Shown here piece by piece: positions 11,040-20,265 of a stretch of 64,000 bases of DNA. The stretch is from assembly GCA_963764165.1 (NCBI GenBank), contig CAVXRD010000002.1, forward strand, positions 1,952,001-2,016,000, in the 5' to 3' direction. The notes below the pieces were generated by a model. That model was not told the origin of the DNA. It made no database searches and saw nothing but the letters and a program-made list of their open reading frames with translations. The translations under genes and the position numbers were made by a program. Positions within the stretch are counted from its first letter, which is position 1; each line of letters opens with the position of its first letter. The DNA is from an uncultured Verrucomicrobiae bacterium. Lineage in GTDB: Bacteria; Verrucomicrobiota; Verrucomicrobiia; Limisphaerales; Palsa-1400.

Positions 11040-11365
11040 CCCACACCAACCACACAATCAATCCGCTATATGCGGCCCGCATGGCACGAACCGCACACCA
11101 GCCGTCGGCGCGTCGCCAAAACGTGCCGGTCTATGCCCGGCTTCCGTTGGCACCTGTCAACGCCAGCCCTGTGCCGCATCTGACCAGCCTCTATCATTTC
11201 CACCGCGCCGGTGAATACGGCGACCGCAGTTACCCAGGCAACTGTGGCGGCAAGCTCACCGACATCATCCGGTTCAGTCACGGGGCATCCAGCAGCCGCA
11301 AGATTTACCGCAGCAGCTTCATCCCCGGTCTCCACGACGTGTGTATGGTCTTTGAAAAGGCGTAA
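11036..11365 (+). pseudogene. DNA methyltransferase remnant with internal deletion
   Basis: N-terminal YGDRSYPGNCGG is joined directly to C-terminal TDIIRFSHG...IPGLHDVCMVF; SAM-binding and catalytic motifs are absent. Confidence 0.55.
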
Positions 11366-11377
11366 CGGCTCGGAGCC

Positions 11378-11590
11378 GTGGAAGTTGTGAGGGGTTCTCC
11401 AATCATACTCGGACCTGCCATAAACGCAGGTTCGGGAATTTATCCCGACACGATTTTCGATGCGACCAACAGTTATCAGATTCAGGCGTCCACCAATCTC
11501 ACAAACTATAGCAGCGGTGGCGCGCAGACCTTTATTGACCCAAGCGCAACCAACTTGAATCGTCGTTTCTACCGCACGGCAACCCCGTGA
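11378..11590 (+). pseudogene. Orphan C-terminal fragment of a verrucomicrobial secreted protein
   Basis: YQIQASTNLTNY...FIDPSATNLNRRFYR resembles the C-termini ending at 30359, 47805 and 52534. Confidence 0.55.
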
Positions 11591-11658
11591 AGGAATAGCA
11601 GAGTCGGCTCCGGCACTGAACCAGTCAACTGCTGCGGCAACAGCTGATTGTGGGCAGG

Positions 11659-12204
11659 CTACTCTGACTTTCGGTATGAATTGAATCCGATCAGAATACA
11701 AAAGCCTATCGAACCTATGTAGGCTAATGCATAGCGACAATCTACGACGAATTGCCATGCACCGATGTGAGTGGAAAGTCTCAATACGTGCCAAGTAGCA
11801 AGCGCAAACCAAAGCAAAACGAAGAAGAAAGAAATGCCAACCGCAACAGCCGAAACGGAAAATCGTCGAAGCGGAAAAATGAAAATCCTCCGCTTTTCAT
11901 CAACCTTGTGGTCCCCAAAAAAGCCTTTCTCAAGCACTTCCTCGTACTCCTGGACTTTTATTTCCCACGCCTCGTGCCACCATTTGGAGCCGATGTTCAG
12001 GAGCGTCCAACAGAATGAACTGACAAAACCAAAGCATGAAACCAAAAGCAAAATGCCATCGGTCCGATCCTTCACACCTACATAGCCAACAAGCGCCGCA
12101 GCACTGATAAGCCAAAAGTAGTTAAAACGCTTCCAGAATAGTTCGATCTCGAAGTTTCGCAGTTGAAGTGCCTTTTCAAGTTTGGCTAGTTTGTTTTCGT
12201 CCAC
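11659..12204 (-). CDS. Multi-pass membrane protein resembling RipA-family/defence-island membrane proteins
   Basis: ALQLRNFEIELFWKRFNYFW motif followed by about four hydrophobic helices; AT-rich. Confidence 0.6.
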   Translation of the reverse strand: MDENKLAKLEKALQLRNFEIELFWKRFNYFWLISAAALVGYVGVKDRTDGILLLVSCFGFVSSFCWTLLNIGSKWWHEAWEIKVQEYEEVLEKGFFGDHKVDEKRRIFIFPLRRFSVSAVAVGISFFFVLLWFALATWHVLRLSTHIGAWQFVVDCRYALAYIGSIGFCILIGFNSYRKSE

Positions 12205-12613
12205 GATTTTTTGATCCTCCAGAATGGTGTGGTTGTTAGAGGGCCAACTATCAATATAAAACTGCAGATTGGTGTTTTAGAAGGGTCCAATAATGACCCA
12301 CGAAGTAGTGCTCCGAGTTCCCATTAGGCTCGCCGAAAGCATCTTGCGCTGAGCACAGCCCGTAGTTGCTGCGCCTAGCCTAAGCGATTTTACCACTAGC
12401 CCAACCAGTTTCTGTTTCATTCAACCACTCATAATTTCGCCATCGGCACGCAAAATCAAGCCTTTAACGCGATTATCGTTCTCAACCAGGATGTACGCCC
12501 CTAGCTGACGCATCGTTTAGTCAAATTCCTCACCGGCATGATCTTCTTTCATGTTACCTCAGACGCCCAAAGCACCCCAAACCGAACAGCGTGATTTCCC
12601 CCCTTCTTCTGAC

Positions 12614-12850
12614 TCAAAGCCCACGGAGGAAATCGCTCACAGGAATCCCGACCTCTTTCGCAATCCGCATCAACGCTTCAATGGAGATGATTTTCTCTCC
12701 TCGCTCCACTTCTCCGATGTATTTCCAGTTGAGGTCAACTTTTTCCGCCAGCATTTCTTGGGTCAGCTTCGCTTCCTTCCGGTAGCGGCGAATCGCTGCA
12801 CCGATTATCTTCCGATGCGGTAAAATGGTCTTCGGTTTGGATTTGCCCAC
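12614..12850 (-). CDS. XRE-family HTH regulator
   Basis: IRRYRKEAKLTQEMLAEKVDLNWKYIGEVERGE. Confidence 0.85.
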   Translation of the reverse strand: MGKSKPKTILPHRKIIGAAIRRYRKEAKLTQEMLAEKVDLNWKYIGEVERGEKIISIEALMRIAKEVGIPVSDFLRGL

Positions 12851-12888
12851 GGTGAGCCGTAGTTAGGCAAAATCCCCTCCAAAGCGAC

Positions 12889-12905
12889 ACCAGCAACATG
12901 CTGGT
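12889..12905. promoter_or_regulatory. Palindromic operator candidate ACCAGCA-N3-TGCTGGT
   Basis: Perfect 7-bp inverted repeat between the divergent XRE gene and the 12991 gene. Confidence 0.45.
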
Positions 12906-12990
12906 ATTTTGTTCTTGAATTCTTTGGCGCTATTTCACAAGATTCTCACGCCAGCGGCGCATAAACGCTGACGAATTACTCAAAAAAATT

Positions 12991-13236
12991 ATGAAAATTA
13001 TACGAAGACTTGGTCCCGACCCTCACGAGGGCGGAAAACAATCCGCCGGAATGCGTGGTTGCCCCGATATTCTCGAACTCGAATCCGGGGATTTTGCCAT
13101 CATCGGCGCGGACATCACTGATGCCGCCAGCGCCCACCTTCCTCCGTCCGTCGGCTGTGGCCCCGATGAGCGGATTGTCCGCATCCCAAGGGCGACGCTT
13201 GTGCTCGCCCGCTCCGACATCCCAGCGACCGTCTGA
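12991..13236 (+). CDS. Small conserved hypothetical protein (CPDILEL...FAIIG motif)
   Basis: 81-aa ORF with coding-like composition, divergent from the XRE gene. Confidence 0.7.
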   Translation: MKIIRRLGPDPHEGGKQSAGMRGCPDILELESGDFAIIGADITDAASAHLPPSVGCGPDERIVRIPRATLVLARSDIPATV

Positions 13237-13372
13237 GCACACCGCAGAACGTTCGCTACACCCCGTAATGCGGCTGAAAGCAGCGCGTTGCGGGGTTTGT
13301 CTTTTCCAGCACGCCACCCGGATTTCTACACCAACTTGGGCTAAACCATTTTTCCCGTCACACTGCGGCCCC

Positions 13373-13678
13373 ATGAAATACTCCCCCAAATACGGACGCT
13401 TTCGCGCTTTGCTGCGCAAAATCAGAGAGGAAGCCGGTTTGAGCCAAACCGCTCTGGCAGTGAAGCTTGGGAGACCGCAGACATTTGTCTCCAAATCCGA
13501 GCTTGGCGAACGCCGAGTCGATTTTACGGAAGCGGTCGAATTTTGCAAAGCGTGTCGCGTCACGGTGGGGCAGTTCGCAAAACAGCTGGAAGAAGCCACC
13601 GCGCATGATGAAACAACGAGCAGGCAAAAACGACGCAGTCCACGGAAGATGGACAGTGCAGGCCGATTGGCGGATTAA
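13373..13678 (+). CDS. XRE-family HTH regulator
   Basis: LRKIREEAGLSQTALAVKLGRPQTFVSKSELGERRVD; ATG at 13373. Confidence 0.85.
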   Translation: MKYSPKYGRFRALLRKIREEAGLSQTALAVKLGRPQTFVSKSELGERRVDFTEAVEFCKACRVTVGQFAKQLEEATAHDETTSRQKRRSPRKMDSAGRLAD

Positions 13679-13709
13679 TACTGATTTTGGGAAAAGGGGA
13701 GCGGCGGTT

Positions 13710-14165
13710 ATGGGGTTAGTGGCTTCGTGGTTGTCAATCCATTGGTTTAATTTACTCCAAACCATCGGCATCGTCGGTGGACTGATTTACAACGGATATT
13801 CGCTGCGACTTAATGCACGCGTTCGCAGGGTCGAGACGTTGTTCAAAGTCACCGAGCAGCAACGTTCTATTTGGCTGAAACTGGTCGATCCGGCCCACCT
13901 GAAACGATTATTACATGAACACGTAAATCTGGACGAGCACCCGCTGACGAATGATGAGGAGTTGTTTGTTAACCTGCTGCTATTGCATTTTGAAGCGGTC
14001 TTGGAGGCCACGCGCTCCCGCGTGTTCAAAAAGCCTGCCGGGATGGACGTTGATGTTCGGGCATTTCTGTCGCTGCCGATTCCCAATGCGGCTTGGAACA
14101 AACTGAAAGAATATCGTGACGCGAGGACGATCCGATATGTGGAGGGATTCTTAAGGGTTCGTTGA
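13710..14165 (+). CDS. Hypothetical protein with N-terminal membrane helix (DUF6082-like)
   Basis: WFNLLQTIGIVGGLIY helix followed by a helical soluble domain; GGGGAG upstream. Confidence 0.6.
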   Translation: MGLVASWLSIHWFNLLQTIGIVGGLIYNGYSLRLNARVRRVETLFKVTEQQRSIWLKLVDPAHLKRLLHEHVNLDEHPLTNDEELFVNLLLLHFEAVLEATRSRVFKKPAGMDVDVRAFLSLPIPNAAWNKLKEYRDARTIRYVEGFLRVR

Positions 14166-14557
14166 TGGGACAGGAGTCGGGGCCGAATGTCATTATTGCA
14201 TTATAGCGGTCAATTAAATGCACCAATTTCCACTCCCCGGCAAAAAATTCGACTTGAACGGCGCTGCCTCGTCGAAATTAAAGTCGCCGGAATTTAAAAT
14301 TGGTCGCGGAAGGAACCCTTTTCAAGGGTTTGTGCGATGACCCGCAGCATCCACTCAAGCAATTTATGGAGGGGAGGTTTCTCGTATTGCACGCACAGAA
14401 TGTCGTCGCCATCACGATATTCGGACCGCACCCACAATTCGTCTTCGATCATTTCCAAAGTTTGAATACTCATAATGCTTCAGATTATCGTCGCTTCTTT
14501 TGATGCTGTCATCCGTTACGAGTCGGGAAACGATGCAACCAATACGAGGGCACCGCG

Positions 14558-14690
14558 TTACGAAACGTAACTGTCCCATCGTGAAAGTCGTTTAAACGAC
14601 GACTGAGCCAAGCGGAGCACCGCTTCCCTTTCGAGGGCATCCTGAAGAATTATCCATTTACGCAACGTAACTAATCGTAAAGCTGCGTAA
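14558..14690. promoter_or_regulatory. Repeated operator-like sites TTACG-N3-CGTAA
   Basis: Palindromes at 14558-14570 and 14658-14670, extra CGTAA at 14676 and 14686, and palindrome GTCGTTTAAACGAC at 14587-14600. Confidence 0.6.
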
Positions 14691-14738
14691 ATGTTGCGAT
14701 GCCCAGACATTCAGTCTATCGTCCTCCCGTCTGTGGCT

Positions 14739-16574
14739 ATGAGCAATCAAAAGCAAGACCCCAGCATCGGAATTCGATGGGACGAAGTCAAAAAGGACTT
14801 CGCTCAACTCCTCGGCGCACTCATGCACAAGCATATTCTGTCAACCGAGGAATTGGCGATCCGTCTTGGTTTAAGTGAATCCGTGATCAGGCAGCTTCAT
14901 AATGCCAATTATCCCTACCCCGGCCCTCTCCGTAAACTCGTCAAAATCCATTCGGCAAAACCCGAGGAGGCGCCGTTTTACTTCAAACAAGGAATGGATC
15001 ACGCATTCGCCCTTGAGGCGATTGATTTTTTAAAGCTTAAGGATTTTGTCGCCTACATTTTCGAAGGGAATAATGAACGTCTGAACATTCCGCTCCGACC
15101 AATTACGACGACAATCGTCTCTACGAGGGTAAGCACCTTACCCAGGATCGAGGCTGACCAGCCGAAGTTAACTCAACATTTCAGATCGCGCACAAACACC
15201 ACTCATCCAAAAATTGCCATCTGCATGGCCGACTTTGCACATGTAGGTTTGATCAAGGATGTAGAAGCTGAAAAAAGCCGAGCAGATGACATCCGGAATT
15301 GCCTATTCGAGGCACTCGACGCAGCATTACAAGAAGCTCTCGATGCTCTACACGATCGCTCCGAATTCGTGCTCCATGTAAAAGCATCAGCAACACCGAC
15401 TCTCAAGACCACGTCTGGAATGGGCGCAATGATCATCTGGGAATATCCAACTATTTCACGCCAAATCGAACTCGGTCTCGATCTGTTCTTGATTGATTAC
15501 GCTGCCTACGCCCAATCCTATCTCTATAAAAGTCTAAACGCATTCCACGGATATTTAGGTTTTCCGTGGCTTAAACAGTTGCATCCTAGAATCGTTCTTA
15601 CCAAGGGACCGGGACTAAAGCATTTAGGCTCAAATGGCTGGGTGTTGAGTTACGAAAGTCGCAAAATAGACGAAGCGAAACGGCTCCAAAAATTGGTTCA
15701 ACGACCTGGAGTAATTATTCAAGCCGAGTTTGCGCCCGATCTCTTAATGGAGCGTTTTTGCTTTGATCAAAACAGCAGTGTAACACAGATCAATTTCGCC
15801 AAGGATGTCAACAATTCTCTCGTCAACAATCCTCAAGTATGGATGAAATTGCAAGCGGACTCAAAAGACGGGGATGGAAATCGCATCAATCGAATAGGTT
15901 GGAGGCTCCCTCGGTCCAACTTGAAAGCTGCGCCGAACATTGGAGAAGTCAAAAAGTTATTCGAGTGCCCTTACGATTTAGAATCATTGGAATGGGAAAT
16001 GAAATTTTCGGAACATGACATTGTTTCCCTCTTTGAAGTGCGCGCTCGAATTGAGGCGCAGTTTGCGGGAGAAGCGGCTTCCGCTGCTGCGAATCCTTCA
16101 TCTTTCGCAAATGGGATGCTAAATGATATTAATGCATCTGTGACGAAGATGGAAGAGATGGCAAAGACTGGCTCCGAAGCCAAAGCCATTCGAGATAAAG
16201 CTTGGCGAGCACTTGGCGATCAATTTCATTGCGGAATTGCTAGACTTTCGGACCAGCATCAAGGGGAAAAAAGAGCTGATGTTGTAAATTTAGCTTATAT
16301 CTCTACGCAGCGTGTCTGCGGTGCTGTCGAAGATCGAATTCCTCCAGTGGAAGTAGCTCGCCAGCACCGGCGAATTTTTGAAGCGATAAGGCGAGGGAAA
16401 GCAAAGGAAGCAACATCCGAAATGGAGGAACATATCTCGGCTCATTACAGAATTGCCAGAGAAGAATTGTTCAAGCAATCTATAGATGTTGCGCCGGGCG
16501 CTGCCTGCTTTCTCCAGGACTGTCCTCTTTTAACGTCACTGACCGACCAAAATAACAACTTATGCAAAATCTAA
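14739..16574 (+). CDS. Multidomain regulator: XRE-like HTH, degenerate class III cyclase-like domain, FCD (GntR C-terminal) domain
   Basis: LSTEELAIRLGLSESVIRQL; IAICMADF / SGMGAMIIW / RIVLTKGP / IDEAKRLQ / PGVII; LFEVRARIE...DQFHCGIA...QHRRIFEAI...MEEHI. Confidence 0.65.
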   Translation: MSNQKQDPSIGIRWDEVKKDFAQLLGALMHKHILSTEELAIRLGLSESVIRQLHNANYPYPGPLRKLVKIHSAKPEEAPFYFKQGMDHAFALEAIDFLKLKDFVAYIFEGNNERLNIPLRPITTTIVSTRVSTLPRIEADQPKLTQHFRSRTNTTHPKIAICMADFAHVGLIKDVEAEKSRADDIRNCLFEALDAALQEALDALHDRSEFVLHVKASATPTLKTTSGMGAMIIWEYPTISRQIELGLDLFLIDYAAYAQSYLYKSLNAFHGYLGFPWLKQLHPRIVLTKGPGLKHLGSNGWVLSYESRKIDEAKRLQKLVQRPGVIIQAEFAPDLLMERFCFDQNSSVTQINFAKDVNNSLVNNPQVWMKLQADSKDGDGNRINRIGWRLPRSNLKAAPNIGEVKKLFECPYDLESLEWEMKFSEHDIVSLFEVRARIEAQFAGEAASAAANPSSFANGMLNDINASVTKMEEMAKTGSEAKAIRDKAWRALGDQFHCGIARLSDQHQGEKRADVVNLAYISTQRVCGAVEDRIPPVEVARQHRRIFEAIRRGKAKEATSEMEEHISAHYRIAREELFKQSIDVAPGAACFLQDCPLLTSLTDQNNNLCKI

Positions 16575-17404
16575 CTGCCACGCCAATAATTCCGAAAAAT
16601 AAAGATGACATTGCTTCAATCGCTTATCGAGGCGTTTCCCTTGTCCAAAATTCCACATTACGAGATGCGCTTTCCGATACTTATCGTTCGCCGAATGGCA
16701 AAAGGGCTTTGGCTGCGGCACATGACACCTTTGACAGGCTTATTTCATCCAACTGGAGCGAAGACACGCTTTGTCGGTTCTTGTCCGGTTGGCAGTCCAT
16801 GCACGGAACGGCGCTATTTGTTAGTGGATTGGTAATTCGCTTGCACAGGCAAGCGAGTGAAACCTCCGGAGAAGCTTCTGTTGCCATGTATCGAGCCGCT
16901 GGCCAAGTGGGAGAAATAATTCCTGAGGACACCGGCGTTGATGATGTGCCTCATAACGAACGCTTCGAAGTGTTTGCGAATCAAATAGTGGGCGGCGACC
17001 GCTGGAAATTAAGTCGTTACTCTATAGATGGTTGTAATACGTTCCGTCGTTACATCAAGCAGCAAAGACTTGCGGCATCAATCGAGGATGCAATTCTTAC
17101 TACGGCGGCGTCCGAAAACTGGAATACAGGAGAATATACGTTTCTTGATTCCGTGATCCCGGCTTGGATGGTTCGTGCTTTCGGCGTTACTAAAGAACTT
17201 GCAATCGAGAAGAGCGCTTACATTTCCGTCCACGCAGGCGAAACAGAGTTGGGGCATTTTCTCCATGCCCTGGAAGCTTGGGAACTATACTGTATCGGAT
17301 CGGGGACGCGCCCTGAGCCGGATCACGCCTATCGTGTATTTGATCGCTATCTTGGACGGTTAGCAGAAGCCTTCCTCGATTTGGGCCAAGTGTTTGATAA
17401 GTGA
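16562..17404 (+). CDS. Heme-oxygenase-like diiron oxidase/oxygenase (HDO; PqqC/CADD-like fold)
   Basis: Helical protein with the ligand pattern PEDTGVDDVPH ... ASENW ... VHAGETELGH; overlaps the upstream gene by 13 bp. Confidence 0.65.
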   Translation: MQNLTATPIIPKNKDDIASIAYRGVSLVQNSTLRDALSDTYRSPNGKRALAAAHDTFDRLISSNWSEDTLCRFLSGWQSMHGTALFVSGLVIRLHRQASETSGEASVAMYRAAGQVGEIIPEDTGVDDVPHNERFEVFANQIVGGDRWKLSRYSIDGCNTFRRYIKQQRLAASIEDAILTTAASENWNTGEYTFLDSVIPAWMVRAFGVTKELAIEKSAYISVHAGETELGHFLHALEAWELYCIGSGTRPEPDHAYRVFDRYLGRLAEAFLDLGQVFDK

Positions 17405-17406
17405 CC

Positions 17407-17760
17407 TTATCGTTGCCGGAGTTTCGACCTTGAAATTCCATCCAATGCCACAGAATCGATGAAAAGGTTTTCCTGTTGATAACCACTGGTTGCAGCGCCC
17501 AAGAGGGCATACATATCCCACGCGCTCAATTTTTCTGCATGAAATCCATCCATCCCTGCCGCGATAAAAAAGGAACGCAAATCCTCAGACCGAACGCATC
17601 CCTGCTCGTGCATATTGATCGATCCGAGAAATTTCTTAAGCCGTGCCGCGCCCTCGGGAGTAAGCGCAAAATACGGCTCGTGGCCTTTAGTTTCTTTGTA
17701 GTTCGCAGTATTTCTTTCCAGGTTCTCTTGCAGTTTAAGTCCATCGCTGACTTTGGTCAT
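17407..17760 (-). CDS. Hypothetical protein
   Basis: GGAGGAG ribosome-binding site before ATG 17760; convergent with the HDO gene. Confidence 0.55.
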   Translation of the reverse strand: MTKVSDGLKLQENLERNTANYKETKGHEPYFALTPEGAARLKKFLGSINMHEQGCVRSEDLRSFFIAAGMDGFHAEKLSAWDMYALLGAATSGYQQENLFIDSVALDGISRSKLRQR

Positions 17761-17944
17761 AACTCCTCCCAAATGAATGAGCGATTATACTCTACTTTAA
17801 TGGAATCAACAATAAGCTTTGCGATGGTAGGAAACTTACTCACACGACGCTGTCGTCGTCCGGTGGAGTGTTGGAGGGCCTCGCATAGTCACGACAACTT
17901 TATCAGCTATAATTCAGTATGTTAGCGCAATAACTGGAGTCGCA

Positions 17945-19441
17945 ATGAACAATACACTGTCAGCGAACACCGGAGTGGCCATTCTCATTATCTACGGGAT
18001 CGCCATGTTTTTCCTGTCGCTTTGGGTTGTTCGAGGGCGTAGGCAAACCAAGGCCGAATTCTTGCTTGCCAGTCGCAGTGTTGGAATTATTCCAGGAGCC
18101 ATGTCTATCGCAGCGTCATGGATATGGGCTCCTGCTTTGTTTGTATCTTCTTCAAAAACTTATCAGCAAGGATTGGCGGGCCTTTTTTGGTATCTCGCGC
18201 CCAACGTCGCAACCCTTATGATTTTTGGCCCTTTTGCAGCGAAATTAAGAACAAGGTTGCCTGACGGCTATACTCTGCCGCAGCATATGCGAAACGAATA
18301 CGGCAGCGGTGTCCATGTCCTCTATTTGATTCAATTCTTTGGTCTCCAGATTTGTTGCTTCGCGGTCGAGATTTTCGCAGGAGCTACTCTCATGCATTTA
18401 ATTACGGGCCTCAGCTTCGTCTCCGTGGCGCTGTCGTTGATCGGCATTGTGCTCGCATACGCCGTGATGGGGGGCTTGAGAGCGTCTGTGGCAACGGATT
18501 ACGTCCAAATGGCAGCGATGATTGTCATTTGCGGCCTTGTCGTCCCGTGGGCTGTAGCCAAGGCCGGGGGACTTTCGGTAATTTTAGCGGGTTTGGGTGG
18601 ATTGAATGGGGCATACGTTGATCCAAACAACCCAACCAGCCCCTCCTACTCGTATGCGAACCCGCTGAACCCTTGGGTCATTTGGTCGTTTGGAATATCC
18701 AACACTATCAGCTTATTTTCCGGTCCACTTGGTGATCAAATGCAATGGCAGAGGGCTTTCGCGTTGCGCTCTCAAGGAACAGTCAAGCGGACTTTTTTTC
18801 TTGCGGCTTTACTTTTTGGGTCGGTGCCTCTGGCTTTGAGCAACCTCGGATTCATAGCATCAAACAAGGAAATTTCATCCGGCTGGAATATTACTGATCC
18901 GCAAATGGTAGGCCCCATCACTGTCGCTCACCTTTTGCCACACATGATGATAGTGATTTATGTAATCATGATATTATCAGGCCTTTGTGCGACACTGGAT
19001 TCAGTTTTATGTGCTATAGCGTCCCTTACCACGACAGACGTTTTTGGATATCAGAGTGAAAAAGCAGAGAAAGATCAGCAAGCTGTATTTATTTCACGTT
19101 GGGCAATGATTGTCGGTGCATTCTTGGGTTTTATTGTCGCGTATGTATGGCACGCTCTGCACCTCACAATCCTTGATTTGTTTCTTTTTTATGGAACGCT
19201 GAGAGCATCAACAATGATTCCAACAGTTGTTACCCTTCTTTGGCCCGGTTTGAGACCCGGAGTGATTTTTGCGACGATTCTCGCTTCCCTCCTGTTTGGT
19301 GCGCCTCTTATGGCGGCGGCTCGCCTTTCAAATGATGAACATGTCAAAGCAATTCTTAGTGTTGCGGGAAGCTTAGCCGTGGTAACCATCGGGATTGTCG
19401 GCTGCTGGATTGCTAAACGCTTCAGACAGACACAGTTGTAA
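17945..19441 (+). CDS. Sodium:solute symporter family transporter (DUR3/PutP-like)
   Basis: About 13 hydrophobic helices; SIAASWIWAPAL, GGLRASVATDYVQ, DQMQWQRAFA and LCATLDS motifs. Confidence 0.9.
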   Translation: MNNTLSANTGVAILIIYGIAMFFLSLWVVRGRRQTKAEFLLASRSVGIIPGAMSIAASWIWAPALFVSSSKTYQQGLAGLFWYLAPNVATLMIFGPFAAKLRTRLPDGYTLPQHMRNEYGSGVHVLYLIQFFGLQICCFAVEIFAGATLMHLITGLSFVSVALSLIGIVLAYAVMGGLRASVATDYVQMAAMIVICGLVVPWAVAKAGGLSVILAGLGGLNGAYVDPNNPTSPSYSYANPLNPWVIWSFGISNTISLFSGPLGDQMQWQRAFALRSQGTVKRTFFLAALLFGSVPLALSNLGFIASNKEISSGWNITDPQMVGPITVAHLLPHMMIVIYVIMILSGLCATLDSVLCAIASLTTTDVFGYQSEKAEKDQQAVFISRWAMIVGAFLGFIVAYVWHALHLTILDLFLFYGTLRASTMIPTVVTLLWPGLRPGVIFATILASLLFGAPLMAAARLSNDEHVKAILSVAGSLAVVTIGIVGCWIAKRFRQTQL

Positions 19442-19500
19442 TCCAAACACACTGTTATACCAACAATTGTTAAGGCTAGGGGGAAATTACTAACATACTT

Positions 19501-19755
19501 ATGAAAACGTGTTCTAGTTGTGGTGGTTGTGGTCGCATGGACTGTCCTCGAAGTAGCTTTGGAACAGTCACATGCACCTGCTGCGGCGGAGACGGTAAAG
19601 TTTTTGAAGGAACACGGGAGGTATTTTCCCTACTTTGCTTTTTTGGAGTGGGAAAATACGAAGTCACTTGTGCTAATTGTAAGCATGTGCATTCATACTA
19701 TTATGGCCCCATTAAACGAGCCACGTGCGAGAATTGTGGGTGCAACTTTGTTTGA
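19501..19755 (+). CDS. Small Cys-rich zinc-finger-like protein
   Basis: CSSCGGCG, CTCCGGDG (DnaJ-type CxxCxGxG), CANC and CENC in 84 aa. Confidence 0.5.
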   Translation: MKTCSSCGGCGRMDCPRSSFGTVTCTCCGGDGKVFEGTREVFSLLCFFGVGKYEVTCANCKHVHSYYYGPIKRATCENCGCNFV

Positions 19756-20265
19756 TCGATGCTCAAACCAGTGCCGCAATGTAGTTATTAGTGGGATTTG
19801 CTTTTGAACTAGATCGCATGTGTGTCCACTTCTTGATGCAGGAGTCCCTCATGTCCCGAGCGCGGCGGCTTTGCTTCGCCTTCGCACCCCGTACCCCGCC
19901 GCTGCGCTACGCAAAACCGCCGCACTCAGTCCGCCCCGGATTCGAGCTTGTCCCTCAGACGGAAAAACGCTCTGTTCCGCTTACTCGCCTGCCCCCCTTT
20001 CCCACGGGCGACCGCTCCACTGCGCGCCTTTCCGTCTGAGCGACAAAGTTTCGCGGCCCCCGCGCCCCATTTGGTAGTCATTGGGTTGTTTCCAAATCCA
20101 TTTTTTTGCGCGGTTCTCCTGCCTATCGCCCTCACCAGCCTGCTTTTCGAGCCGGGGGCCGGGCGCGGTTCCTCCTGAAGGCGACCTCCGCTGGCCGCCC
20201 GTCTCGGCAGGCTTTCTCGGTTGAAGGGCGATAGGCCGAGAACGCACAGAGCAAAAAAAAAGATT

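Noticed and set aside
11590..12260. Possible integron cassette around the membrane protein (GTTGGCC/CTAAC-like motifs)
   Set aside because: No convincing paired attC structure, and neither integrase shows the IntI-specific insertion.
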